From contig CM022668.1 of assembly GCA_012295275.1 (NCBI GenBank), positions 13,702,001-13,766,000 of the forward strand: a stretch of 64,000 nucleotides of DNA, read 5' to 3'. Numbering within the stretch: position 1 is the first letter of the stretch; each line of letters opens with the position of its first letter. The notes beneath the pieces were generated by a model, which worked only from the letters and a program-made list of their open reading frames with translations, was not told the origin of the DNA and made no database searches. This document shows, piece after piece, positions 27,230 through 56,008 of this stretch. Source of the DNA: Chrysomallon squamiferum (lineage: Eukaryota; Animalia; Mollusca). The translations under genes were made by a program, and so were the position numbers.

Positions 27230-28200
27230 AGTTCAGTTACGACTGCTAGCCTCAGAATTAATTTCTGATCGCCGCCTCACGACAACAGTTTGTATCGAGA
27301 AGTGATAAGTAAACGCGTAAACAAATGTACATGTTTGGAAAAGTTTCTTGGATATGATTTCTAATAGTCTTGACCAGCTTAAAAATTCAGATTAGTGGTG
27401 AACCCTGCTCGTTCAGTCCGGACCGTTCGTCAACATTTCTGAGAGCCGCTTGACAGCAAATACAGCACAGTACCCGTCGTTGCATGAGAGAAGGGTTGGT
27501 AAGATATTATCAGTAAGATATTAACCCAATGTACGGGCCTTAGCCTTCGAGCTTTCTTTTTTGCCTGTTGACATTCGCCAAAGTCCCTATCCCGAATTCT
27601 ACACTCTCCCTTCGTTCAACTTATTGCAATAATATTACAAATGAAATAATTAATGGAGTAATAAAGAGCACCTGTAATTAGCATAAAGAAAAGCAACACC
27701 AAAATACCGTTACTGTGTTGTAAATTAAAAAGATACAGAGGCCTACATATGTATCTAGGAACGTAAATATTATTCTGGTTAATCTTTCAGCAGACTGATC
27801 CAGAATATTGTTAAAATATAATTTCCGGAATAAAAGTATTCTACACTCATTAATGCCAAATTACTGAGATTTTCACCTTTCGGAGTGGATCGCGTTTAAG
27901 AGCAGAAAAAGACGAGTTTGTATCGAGCAGTGATAAGCAAATACTTAAACAAATGTACAAGTTTGGAAAGATTTCTTGCATTTTATTATTAGAAGTTTTG
28001 ACTAACTAAACAAATACAATTTCGCATAAATTAATTCATAATTTATTTTTTATATAGTTTAATGCATCCTTGGCGTTTCTCGTATAAAGAGGATTCCTAT
28101 CAATTTCACTGACGCGCATGAAGCGTTTGCCGTGTACATAGAATTAACATTTAACACTAAGAGAAAGTAAAAGAGAAAAAGGATTTCATATATGAATTGT
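27230..28200 (-). mobile_element. hAT remnants
   Basis: Same family blocks; the minus strand reads FPNMYICLRVYLSLLDTNC near 27290-27340. Confidence 0.65.
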
Positions 28201-28218
28201 CAAATGTTTCATGATGAG

Positions 28219-28260
<42 letters not shown>

Positions 28261-28968
28261 AAAACTAAAAATAAATTTTAAAATTAAGAAAGAAATAAAC
28301 AATCTCCACTAACTCTTTTTATCAACATAAGTATTTTGTTGATCCTAATTACTTTTTATTAATTAATTTATTTATTTCTTACTATTTAATTAGATTTTAA
28401 AATCTTACCCAAAGCCATATCTTCTTTTCCCAAGGCAGTAAAATCCCAAAACTGAATTCACCTCGAGCTGTTCACCAAAGAATTACTTTGTGATAGCCTC
28501 TGGACGACAAATACAGTACTCGTTGGTGCTTTACGTAAGTATTGATAAAACAGCTCCGTTCCTGAGGAAAACGTATTTCCCCGAAAACTCGTATCTCTGA
28601 TGACTCACTTTCGTTTATCGGTTAACAGTTTTATGAACTACCTGATCATGTGTAATGTATAACGAAAATAACAACGAGCAAACTGAGTGTTACACAAGAT
28701 ATATTAATAATTTGAATTATTGTGTACGGTGTGGGTTTTAAAATAAAATTAAAATAATGATGTAACAGACATGTTATGTTATCATACCAACATTAGATAT
28801 TTATGTTTCTTCAAACATGCTACATACTGATAAACATGCATACAAACCACATATAGTATAAAATACAATACATTTAACACGAACTTTTTATTATGGTTGA
28901 ACTCCTTCTGTTTCATAAATTCATTAGTAATTTAATTACTTAGAAACTGAAACAATAATAATAATAAT

Positions 28969-29001
<33 letters not shown>

Positions 29002-29319
29002 AATAATATTCCTGATATAAAATGAATTTCTAGGATTGCTTTTCAGTGCTAGGAACGTCAAAAAGGGTGGTGTTCACATTTTATATCAGGACATTCCAAT
29101 AATAAAATTGTAAAAATAATTATGGAGAAGTAGGCTGTTGGAAAATTAATTGAAAGTAGGTTGATATAAACAAATGGAGACACTAATGAATAATAAATAA
29201 ATAAATAATTTAACAAATATTTAAATAAAGCAAAGAAGATAACAAATAAAAACAGGAAACAAAAAAATTAAAAATTAAAAATTAAAATTTATATCCATCT
29301 ATATGTATGTGTGTGTGTT

Positions 29320-29376
<57 letters not shown>

Positions 29377-29839
29377 GAACGTGGAAAGGAAATTCATATA
29401 AATTATTTATTTTCTTTCTTAATATATTTCATTGTCATTGTTGGGCTAAAAATTGAAATATATATATTCTCAGAATTAAACTGCTGATGTATTTTTCAAA
29501 ATAATTATGTACTACTGCTTATGAATATATTCAGAAACAAGAGAAATAGTTTAATTAGTTTCATATGTATGCTACTTATTTGTTTTTGTTTTTCTTGTAT
29601 ATTTTGTCTTTCTTTCCCTCTTCTTTTTTGTTTTTATTTGCCCCTTTTTTCTTCGTTTTTAGTTATTATTATTTTTTTTTAGTTAAGTAATTAATTGATT
29701 GATTAATAAATGTATCTATTTATTTATTCTAATTATTTCTCTGTTTATATTTGTTGTTTATTAAATTATTTATTAATTTCATTTGGTCGTTTGTTTGTTT
29801 GCCTTATAGTTGATTTGTTGGTTGGTTAGTTTTCTTCTC

Positions 29840-32600
29840 TGGACAGTGCAATGGATGTTACTGTGTTGTATTTGTCGTCAACGGGCTACCAGAAACTAAT
29901 TGTGTATTTCTCCTTAATTACATTTAAAGGGTTTGGACTTGAGGAGTCCTGAAAGTAAATATCAACAGCTACTTTGTCACGTTCCTAGCACCAAAAAGCA
30001 GTGTTCGGAGAAATACATTTTATCTCAGTGACAGGCCTACTCTTTTTTAAAGCGACAATAAGTTAATTATAAATGCAAAATCATATATTAGATCTTTCCA
30101 GCTGTAACCATTTTGAAGTGTCAAATGTCAAAGCAGTTGTAAAATTTTTTAAAAATATCTTATACTTTCCTTGATCAGTCAGCTCTCATGTGACAAACAC
30201 AAAGACGAGTTTGGCTAGAACGAGTTGGGTGATTCATATGATTCAGACCTTTGTTGATAATGAAAAGATAGAAGCTAATTTTCAAAATGATCTGAAGTTA
30301 AACTTGCTACCCTTGACAACAAATACAACACACGATTCTTTGCTGCTTTATATAACGGTTCTCAAAACACTTATATGCTGACGTAAATGTATTTCCCAGA
30401 AAACTGTCCTAGCACTAAAAAGCGCCTTTTGTTAGGTATACAATACTTTTTTCTCAGGACAGAAGCGTCTTGCCAAATGTTTTATAAAGCAGCAGTAATA
30501 TAAACTGCACTCATTAAAGAGTATTTTGGACAAATCAGCCTTTGCAGATAAAACCATTATGAAATGTCACGCATCAACGCATTTATAAATCAAAGAATAC
30601 ACACTACGTTATGTCATCTCTCATGCAAAAAAAGAAAAACAACCCAGAAAGGACGAATTTATTCTCATAGTTTTCAGGTCAACCAAGTTCCTCTTGTTAA
30701 TAATATTTCGTAACCTTTGACCTCCTCATCTAATATTCATCACATTTGCACGCCAATTATTTTGCTAATAGTTAATTCAAATACAAAGATCTGCAGTACT
30801 AAGTAATTATGTATTCTTCAAAATAAACAATGAGCATTACACAGGTTTAATTTCTAGGTAACTAAAATAATGAACAGAACCGTCAATTTCTCTATAAATG
30901 AATTATTGATGTAGTTCGGGGGTAAAACAGCATTTTTTTTCATAGTGTTCTAAACACCTAGACATGACAACTAGCTCTTAAAGCAGTTGCATCGTGACAG
31001 TAACGTATTTCAGTGGTCACATAAATTCCCTTTCATGTCTTGCATATCATGTATTCGTGTAATCTTTTAGAGATCGAAATTGTTAAGTTTTATTCTCCCG
31101 CTTTGACTTATCATTAGTAGCCTCAAGCAGTTTTCGGAGTAATATATTTACGTCGTGAATAGAAGTGTTTTATAAACCGCTACATAAAGCAAGAAAGACT
31201 GGTGTGTTGTATTTGTCAATGGTTACTGGAGTATTAACATTTACTATTCAGATCCCTTTTAGAGGATATGAAAATATTTTTTTCTTTTTCAACAAAAGCC
31301 TGAATCATATGAATCACCCTACTCGTTCTAGCCAAGCTCGTCCTTTCTGTTTGACCGCAACATGACAGGTCACTCATAAAAAAAATTATAATATGTTTTA
31401 AATCACCCTACTCGTTCCAGTTAAAGATAAATTTAATCGAGATTTCTAATAAAGGTTTGAAAATGTATAATGGCTTACACCAAGAATTTTCATAACGCCA
31501 TTGTAGAGTGTTTACTTTCATAGAAATATATTAAGAAAGAAAATAAATGATTTATATTATTTTAGTTACGTAGAAACTATACTTGTGTAATTCTCATTGT
31601 TTATTTTGAAGAAAAAAAAAAAAAACAATTACATACTACTGCAGATGTTTATATTTCAACTAACCTATTAGCAATATAATCGACATGTAAATCTGATGAA
31701 CATTACATCAGTAGGTCAAAGGTTACGAAATGTCATTATCAACGTGAACTTGTTTCACCTGGTAAATACAAGAACAAATTAGTACTTTCTGTTTTTTGTA
31801 TGAGAGATGACTCATAACGTAGCGTGTATTCTTTGATTTATGTCTGACATTTCATAACGGTTTTATCTGCAAAGTCTGATTTGTCCAACATATTCTTTTA
31901 TGAGTGCAGTTTACATTATTACTGCTTTGATAACATTTGGCAAGACGCTTCTGTTCCTGGAGAAAAAAAAATGCATACCTAAAAATATTGCATTTTAGTG
32001 CTAGGACAGTTTTCGGGGAAATACATTTACGTCAGCACAGAAGTGTTTTGAGAACTGTTATATAAAGCAGCAAAGAATCGCGTGTTGTATTTCTTGTCAA
32101 TGGTAGCAACAGTAAAACTTCAGATCGTTTTAGAAGAAATGCAAATACCTTTTCATTATCAACAAAAGCCTGAATCATAAGAATCACGCTACTTGTTATA
32201 GCCAAGCTCGTCCTTTCTGTTTGACCGCAACATGACAGCTCACACATAAAAGAAATTATAATACTTTTTAAATTCTTTACAACTTTAATGATATTTGACG
32301 TTTCGTAATGGTGACACGTGGAAAGATCTATGTATCTAATATTATTACTTACAGTTTATTTATTGTTGCTTTATAAAAGGCTTGGCAAGACTCTTCCGTT
32401 CCTGAAGAAAAATATATTTCTCCGAAAACTGCGTGTCAATGCTTCGAACGTGAAAAGGCCGTCTTGTTCGTATTTACCATCGAGAAACCCCAAGTCCAAG
32501 CCCTGTAAAACTAATTAAGGAGACATACAGAATTAGTTTCTGGTAGCCCGTTGACGACAAATACAACACAGTAACATCAATTGCACTGCCCAGAGTTCCT
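29840..32600. repeat. Inverted duplication, arms ~29840-30880 and ~31550-32600
   Basis: ORF-track peptides 30190(+) and 32032(-) are similar, and reverse-complement matches extend along both arms. Confidence 0.85.
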
Positions 32601-33129
32601 TCTACCAGTCTAACAACGAATCCGTTAAACCGCAAACACTTGTACATTAAGAAAATATTGATTAAATTAAAATAAAATACACTTGACGTTCGTGTCATAA
32701 ATTGATCTTCCGATGTATTTTTGATTTCACAGATACTTTTTTTATTGCCAAATAGTGTTAATAAATGAATTAGTCGTACGGCTTACTTTGCAATAACAAT
32801 TCTTAAAATTTTACAGTTGGAATGTTCTGATAGAAAATTTTGACACCACGGATTATTCACGTTCCTATACATTTTTCATCAGAACAGAAGTGTGTTGCTA
32901 AATCTTTTATAAAGCAACATTAAGTAAACTATATTTACAGAATAATGTATTACATGAAGAGATCTTTGCATTGTTGTATTTTTAGTCAAGCTGCAATCAG
33001 AAATTAATTATGCTGATAACAGTCCTAACTGAATTCAATTTTGGAATTTTATTAACTTGGGGAAAACACGAATAAGTCGAATAACTCGTTTTACGCTTAA
33101 TTAAATTTTAAATGAAACTGATACGACAG

Positions 33130-34100
33130 ACGGTAAGGATGCATTAAACTATATAACAAATAAATTATCGTACAATTTATCTGAAATTTTAGTTTTTTAA
33201 TTAGTCAAAACTGTGAAAAATGAAATACAAACTGTTCTGGAGAGAATTTTTTTTTTCTGCTCTTAAATGTATTAAGAATTACTTGTGATCCAGTCTCAAA
33301 AGCTCAGTAATTTGGCACTGATGAATGTAGAATCGTCTGTTCTCTGGAAATTGCATTTTAATAACATTCTGGATCAGTTTGTTGAAAAATCAACGAGAAA
33401 AATGTTTACATGGCTAGAAACATATGTAGTCTTCGTTATTTCTTAAGTTACTGTGTTTCTTTCCTTTTATGCTAATTAAAGGTTCAAACATGTGCATTTG
33501 TTTACTTATGTACTTGTCATTTCTCGCCACAAACTGTTCTAGAGAGAGGTCTTTTTCTATTCCTAAACGTGATCCACAATGAAATAAGAGAAGCTCACCA
33601 AATTGGTATCAATCCAGGCAGACTTGTCTGTGCTCTGGAAATTAAATGTGAACAGTATTCTGGATAAATGTATGTACAGATTAACCAGACAAATGTTTAA
33701 CTACCTTGATACTTATTTAGGTATATATATATTTGATTTTACAGTACGTTACCGGTATTTTTAGTATTGCCTTGCTTCATGCTAATTAAACGTTGACTGA
33801 AAATGTGGTATCATTTTCTTTCTTACTCCATTAATTACTCCATTTCTAATATTATTGCATTAAATTGTACGAAATGTCAGCGTGAAATTCGCGGCGAGGG
33901 GCTTTGGGGGTCGATAGGCCGACAGAATGTCGAAGCCTAAAAGCACTAGCACGGGTTAATACCGCACTGCATCTTGCAACCCTTATCTCAAGCATTAACG
34001 AGTATTGTACAGTGTATGTCGTCAAGCGGCTATCAAAAACTAATTCTGTGGTAAACAGCTTTAACTGAATTGAATTTTGCGATTTTATTAACTTGGTGAA
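33130..34100 (+). mobile_element. Two tandem remnants of a hAT transposon 3' end (C-terminal dimerisation domain)
   Basis: Translates to FSALKCIKNYL*S...SNLALMNVESSVLWKLHFNNILDQFVEKSTRK (33239-33407) and NMCICLLMYLSFLATNCSRERSFSIPKR (from 33484), matching the hAT dimerisation motif TNCSxERSFSxLKRIKxYLRSTM..ERLxxLAL. Confidence 0.8.
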
Positions 34101-34139
34101 AAGACCAAATAGGGTAAGAAGTTATTTCAGTCGTTTTAC

Positions 34140-34795
34140 AGGTGAATACGTTGATTACATCAGACAAGCTGTGTGGCTTTGTGAGCTCAACACAGTTTTA
34201 TAGACTTGACGTGTCTTCTGGCCCAGTATCCTGCTGCTTTTAGCCTATTCCTGACGGTCGTGTAGGAAAAGACTCAGCCTGACAACAACTGTTATCATAA
34301 AGATGTGTTTGTGTTACATGGCAGGCGTCTAACAAGACTCAGCAATGCTGTTTCCTGTCTTATTGTTGTCTTTAGATGTCTGCCAAGTCTTGGACGATCT
34401 TTAACATCATTGGCAGCTCTGTGTTTGTTCAACTGTCTTGAAATGATGGAAACTTTGCACCCATATTGACGTCCAATTTGGCTGATGGCCATTCCTGCAT
34501 TTCTTATGTCAGTAATCTGCCACATTGTAGCCTCTGACAGTTTACAACGTGCCATGACAGTTGTGATACTGAATATTCAGTGCAAACTGACTGGAATGAG
34601 TATGACATATAATTATTACAAACCAGATTTCAACAATGTTGTTCTTATGGCAATTCACATGCATTGCATCTTGTTGTTGTATGTGCATTGAGTACCTCCA
34701 GGAAAGTCATGTTATTCAGCAAGATGCCTCGTCAATACATTATTCAGGAAAATGCGCTGTTTTCTTAATTCACACAATTACAGGTCTGTGAATTG
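34140..34795 (-). mobile_element. 5' half of the Tc1-family element (inverted duplicate)
   Basis: ORF MARCKLSE...GMAISQIGRQYG...VKDRPRLGRHLKTT resembles the Tc1 paired-type HTH followed by the GRPR-like linker. Confidence 0.82.
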
Positions 34796-34946
34796 GGTAT
34801 TGCTTAGTTATTGTCCTGATAGAAAGATAGGTTTGAAGATATATAGCAAGAAAAACACAAACATTCATTCATACATTCACACATAGAAAGACGGATATAA
34901 CTAAATACTGAGAGAAAAACTTACATTCTTTTAAAAAAAATTCTAG

Positions 34947-37460
34947 ATGATGAACAGATTTCAGTTTCTGAATTAAAGAAACCATTTTGAACAACAGGTG
35001 AGCATCATTAAATCACTACTTGATTTATTTACTTAGTATCAGATTAAACAAAAATACATTAATTTATGTCTGAACAAAATGTTACAACACATTATAAATC
35101 AAGTTAAAATAATTACACAAAGTGCCAAAGAAATGGGTTAAATAAATAAATATATAAATAAACAACAAATGAGTGAATGATTTTTTAGTGACAGCAGTGC
35201 GTTTAAATAAGACAGTAAATAAAATATATTTATAAAGTTATATTACACTGTATTGTAGATAAATTAAATCAAAAATACATATGCTGTAATAATGCAATGA
35301 AATTTGTATTTTCTGTTGATATGTTTGTTTTACCTTTCTAAAAGCCTCAGACACTTCAAACAAACCAACCACCACAACAAGGTGTGTCAAAAATTCGTCG
35401 AGGTTCTCTGACGTCTGGTATGTGTATCAGTTTGTAAATACTGATCATTCAAGAAATATACTTCGATAATACGCAAAATCATTAATACTGTAACGTCGTT
35501 CTCTAGTACAAATTTTGTAACAGTTTTATTACACCCTGTCACTGACGTCGCAGCAAGAGTACAAGAAGTAATAGTAGCTGTAGAGAGTAGTAATACAAGC
35601 TGTACAGAATAGTAATACAAGCTGTACAGAATAGTAATACAAGCTGTACAGAATAGTAATACAAGGTGTACAGAATAGTAATACAAGGTGTACAGAATAG
35701 TCATAGTAGGTCTAGAGTGTAGTAATAGTAGTTGTAGAGTGTAGTAATAGTAACTGTAGAGTGTGGTAATAGTAAATGTAGTGTGTTGTAATACAAGCTG
35801 TACAGAATAGTAATACAAGGTGTACAGGATAGTAATACAAGGTGTACAGAATAGTAATACAAGGTGTACAGAATAGTAATACAAGGTGTACAGAATAGTA
35901 ATACAAGGTGTACAGAATAGTCATAGTAGGTCTAGAGTGTAGTAATAGTAGCTGTAGAGTGTAATAATAGTAACTGTTGCGAATAGTAATAGTAACTATG
36001 GACTGTATTATGAGTAGCTGTAGAGAACTGTAGGGAGAGAAAGTAATAGTCATTGTAGTGAGTAGTAATATTAGTGCTAGAGAGAGTAGTAGTAGTAGTA
36101 GTTGTAGAGAACGTAACAACTGTCATGCCTTGTTAGTACTAATAATAGCAACTGTGGGTTGAGAGGCAATAATGGTAGAGAGAGTTGTCATATTGTGGTT
36201 GTAGTGGTTAAGTTAATTTGAAATGACCATGATGATGATAATAATAATGATTTACAATGTTAACAACAATAACAACAACAGTGAGAAGATAACAATAATG
36301 TCTTGGATTCTACTATTAAATGTATTTGATTTTCTTTAAGATTCCGTTACTGACAATGAACTGCGGCTTGCTTTGATTGGAATTACTGGATCAGGAAAAA
36401 GTGCGTCAGCAAATACCATCCTAGCAGAGAATGGTTTTTCTTCTAAACCTAGTCTTACATCCATTACTACAACCTGCAAAGTAGAACACAAAACTCGATT
36501 TGGTCGTGACATTGTCATCGTTGATACACCAGGAGCATTCCAAACTAACCTTCGTTCACAAGGAGAGATTGCGAAAGAAATCATCCAGTGTATAACGATT
36601 AGTGCTCCAGGACCACATGCTTTCATCATGGTTGTGTAGGTAAAGAGGTTTACTAAGGAAGAACAAAATACAATTGAATACTTCGAGCACGTTTTTGGAA
36701 AACCATTGTTTGATTACCTGTTCTTTGAAGAAGAAGGAAAAAATCTGGAAGATTTTCTATTTACTGAATCAAGAAATCAAAAAACATTAATCAATGCATG
36801 TGGACGGAGATATGCCGGTTTCAATAATCGCGAAAAAGATGAGAAAAAGAAAAAGAAATACAAAAGCTTGAAATTGAAATACTGACAGAAAAAGAAAAAG
36901 AAATACAAAGGGAGCGAGAAAACATTGAGAGAGAATTCAAGAAAGAAATGGAAAAAATCAGAAAAGAAGGAAAAACGCGAGGAGAAAATACTGAAATAAA
37001 AAAAGAAGAAATAGAAAACTCAAAGTGGAAATATTGAAAATGAAAGAAGAAGAAATGAGAAAACTCAAAATGGAAATATTGAAAAAGAAAGAAGAAATGA
37101 GAAAACACAAACAGGAAGTGTTGAAGGCGAAAGATAGAGAACGAAAAATGCAAATAATAGAAAAGAAGTTTCAGGAAGATTGTTTTATTAAAATGAAATG
37201 GAAATGTGCAGGAGATGTTTGAGATTAGGGAAAAAATGATGCAGAGTGAAAGAGAAAAAGAAGCACAGAGAAAATTAGAAGAAATACTCAGAGCAAACCA
37301 AAAAGGGCATAGGAGACAGTCGAGAAATGAATTTTAAAAAGAAGCAGAAACAAACGAATCTCTGCTGGATTCTGTTGGGAAAACTATTACAAAAACGGGT
37401 TCTGCACTCAGGTCTTTCTTTTTTGGATAAACATGCCTCAGTAAGATGTCTCAGGTAAAA
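34947..37460 (+). pseudogene. GIMAP: Inverted GIMAP pseudogene (exons 34947-34997, 35345-35417, 36341-~37460)
   Basis: Same three-exon layout as copy B. The micro-exon has a +1 nt change, there is a TAG at 36637-36639, the LLFTxxDD (G4) segment is deleted near 36725, and the coiled coil has further frameshifts and stops. Confidence 0.88.
35580..36110. repeat. 22-bp minisatellite (aatacaaggtgtacagaatagt)n in the GIMAP pseudogene intron
   Basis: Direct tandem units; the reverse complement resembles the 57.3-kb array. Confidence 0.85.
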
Positions 37461-38131
37461 CAATAAAAGCAAAGGACTAACAACTGAACTGAATATTAAC
37501 TTTGAAATGTTGTAATGGACTGGTTTTATATTTGTCTAGAAAAACAGTTATTAGATTAACAATAAAACTATATACATATATCCAAACACACACATACACA
37601 CATACACACACTCATACACACATAAACACATGTACGTACTGGAACTGAATTATTGATGTATTTTTCAAACAGAGGGCGTTCATTTCTATGTTACCAAAAT
37701 CTGATTGATTTTTCTAACAAAGGGCGTTTGTAGCTGTATATTTAAACAATGTTGTGTTTTATTTATATTCTCTATGGTCTGTATGAATATGTGTGTGCGG
37801 CTGTGTGTTTGTATTGGTCTAAGGTTCGTATGACATAAAATGATTGGTCTCTACTATCATAAAACAGCAAGTAGATATGAACAAAATTGAACTCAGTTCG
37901 GACTGTTCTCCAAAGAATTAATTTCTGATAGCCGCTTGACGCCAAATACAGCACAGTACTCGTTGTTGCTTGAGATAAAGACTGGCAAGATACTGTGTCG
38001 TGTTAACCCACGGTAGGACCCTTAGCCTTCGAGCTTTTGGGGGCACATCGACACGCCCCCAAACGCCCCTTCCAGCGAATTTCACTCTCTCCTTTTCTAC
38101 AGTTTATTTATATACATATATTTATATGAAA

Positions 38132-38163
<32 letters not shown>

Positions 38164-39589
38164 ATGTATGTATGTATGTATGTATGTTTGTATGTATGTA
38201 TGTATGTATGAATTAACATTATGTTTGTATGTGCGTACGTATGTGTATATGTATGTATGTATGTATTTATGCTTGTATGTATATATTTAGTATTATGTTT
38301 ATATGTATAGATATATGTATAGACGTATGAATGTATGGATGTACGTATGTTTGTGTGAATGAATATAAAAATACAGACTATATATACGCATGTTTAAAGT
38401 AATTGATTTACATATTTCTGTCAGCAGCATTCTGAAGTGAAAAATTTTCCTACAGCAGTTTTCTGTTATGTTACAAAGGTTATTCAAGAATTGTTACGAA
38501 AGGCAGGAATTAGGTTAGATAATAAATAATACATTTTCTAGTATCTGCTCTCGGTAAGAAACTGTATTTTCAGATTACAAAGAAATAAAATAAAATAATA
38601 TAAAATAAAACAAGAAATAAATAAAGAAAGAAAGAAAGAAAGAAAAACAAAGAAAAAGAAATAATAATAAAAACAACAACAATAACAATGATAATAATAC
38701 CATAAATAAATCTATTGATAAATAAGTTAATACAAGAATAAATATTTATTACAGGTAATAAAAGTTAAAACAAGTTACCGTGTAAATAAACAAAGTAAAT
38801 TATTTACATAGAACAGATAATCATCATCATCACCATTATCATCATTATCATTTATTTTTAAGTGATATTTTTAAAAGTTCAGATCTGAATAATGCAGTAG
38901 AGTAATATCTGAAAATCTGCCTGTCAGCGGTGACAAAAACTTTGCGATGGAATCATAAATATAATTTTGTAACTTTTCAACTGTGTTTCAAATAGATTAA
39001 TAATAGATAATATAACGATATTGACAAGTAAATATATAAATAGCATTCATCATCATCATTATATCGTCATCCTGTCATTGTAATCATCATCTTCCTATCA
39101 TCATCATTGTCATCGCCGTCATCATCGTCATCATTATATAAAAATGTTTAAATGTGTAATATAGTACATTTAAAACAGCTGATTGAAAGGCAATTCGCAA
39201 TTGCACTGAATATCGCTATAAAGAAAATAAAAATTAAATAAATATTCTAAAGAAACAACACATGCAAGCAATTAAACGAAGGTCACAAAAAAAAACATTA
39301 TTATTTACAATTCTTCGTTTCAAATCCATTATAGGATCATCAAAGGTTATGTGCATAAAATGGAAGTGAAATCAATTTTTTTTCTGGATACAAGTATACT
39401 AAGGTAAATCTGAGTGTGTGAAATAAAGTATGTGATAAATATTGACTTATATCTGTGATATAAAGTAATTGCTAATCTGAACATGATAGCTAGTGATTTC
39501 TATACTATTACAGCGATGTTTATGTGATAAACCGTGATAAATACTAATTCATACAATAATATTTCTTTGTGATATGTAGTGATTCGTAA

Positions 39590-40770
39590 GTGATGATCCT
39601 GATAATTACTCATTTGTACGAGATAATCTGATAATTACTAACTTGAACGTGATAATCATGATAATTACTAATTTGTACGTGATAATCTGATAATTAGTAA
39701 CTTGAACGTGATAATCTTCATAATTACTAATTTGTACATGATAATCTGATAATTACTAACTTGAACGTGATAATCTTCATAATTACTCATTTGTACGAGA
39801 TAATCTGATAATTAGTAACTTGAACGTGATAATCTTCATAATTACTAATTTGTACGTGATAATCTGATAATTACTAAATTGTACGTGATAATCTTAATGA
39901 TTACTAATTTGTACGTCATGATCTGATAATTACTAACTTGTGATAATCGTGGTAAATGCTCATATGTACATGGCAATCTGATAATAACTCATTTGTACAT
40001 GATAGTCCTAATAATTTCTACGTGAGAACTGTGATAATTACTAATTTGTACGTGATAATCCTTATAATTACTAATTAGTACGTGATAATCTAATAAATCC
40101 TAATTTCTACGTGGTAATCTAGATAATTACCCATTTGTACATCATAATCTTGATAATTACTAGCATGTATGTGATAACTCTGATAATGACGAATTTGTAC
40201 GTGATAATCCTTATAATTGCTAACTTGTACGTGATAATCTGATAATTACTACTTTGTACGTGATAACTCTGATAATTACTAATTTGAACATGATAATCCT
40301 TATAATTGCTAACTTGTACGTGATAATCTGATAATTCCTAATTTGTACCTGATAATCTTGATAATTATTAATTTGTACGTGATAATCTTGATAATTACTA
40401 ATTTGTACGTGATAATCTTGATAATATCTAATTTGTACGTGGTAATCTTGATAATTACTAATTGATAACTGATAATGACGAATTTATACAAGATCATCAT
40501 AGTATTGATAATTACTAATTTGTACTTGGTAATCTTGATGATTACTAATTTGTACGTGATAATCGTGATAATTACTATTTTGTACGTGATAAATTTGGTA
40601 ATTACTCACTTATACTTGGTAATCTTGATCACTACCAACTTGTACGTGATAATACTGATAATTACTAAGTTGTACGTGGTAATCCTGGTGAATACCAATT
40701 TGTACGTTGTAAATAATAATTTGTATGTGATATGTTGTAATTTATACGTGGTAAATACTGGTAACAATGT
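39590..40770. repeat. 29-30 bp minisatellite (gataatcttgataattactaatttgtacgt)n immediately 3' of the CHS stop
   Basis: Roughly 39 diverged tandem units over ~1.2 kb. Confidence 0.92.
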
Positions 40771-40821
40771 GTCAGTTTAGTACATCGCGCAAATCAATTG
40801 CTGCTTTCACAACTTTGCTCT

Positions 40822-54908
<14,087 letters not shown>

Positions 54909-55079
54909 TTCGGCAATTCTTTTACGCCAAGTATCCATCGTTGACTTTTAGTATCTACTATGTTGTTGTAGAACCTTCTCCTCTAGTTTACATTTAACTT
55001 AGTATTTTTTCTAGTTTATACAGCACTTGGATTACTGCTCATTTACACAGCTCTAACTTCACGTACCATCTTAGTTTTT

Positions 55080-55294
55080 CACTGGTTTATGCAACGCCTC
55101 TTCCACTAATTTATATATCAAGTTATTCGCCCTTGATTGTTTGTGTCTACTTGGTAATTACTAGTTTGCCTAATCAAGTCAGTCAGCTATTTCTATTCTT
55201 GCACGATTCAACCTTACTTTGTTATGTAAACTATATTTTGATTGGCTTTTTTAAGTGACACGAAGCTTTTTGCGACGGATCTGTTTCCACGTCA
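55080..55294 (-). promoter_or_regulatory. Putative chitin synthase core promoter: TATATAAA (55110-55117), Inr-like CCAGT (~55083), CCAAT (55241-55245), TGACGTGG (55287-55294)
   Basis: TATA-to-Inr spacing is ~32 nt; the Inr lies ~175 nt upstream of the putative ATG; all motifs are in gene orientation. Confidence 0.5.
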
Positions 55295-55431
55295 GGGGCA
55301 TTTGACAGCTAACCATGCAGGTAACTTGTGCACTAAGGTGGAAGAATATTAACTGAAACATTATAAAGATCGAGCAGGGTGCAGGCAAATTTGTATCCGT
55401 TTGTAAACTGTTGTACCCATCATTACCCCCA

Positions 55432-56008
<577 letters not shown>

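Noticed and set aside
39590-40770. CRISPR-like regular array / 101-aa repeat ORF
   Set aside because: Head-to-tail units with no unique spacers, eukaryotic context and no cas genes; the ORF is a by-product of the 30-bp period.
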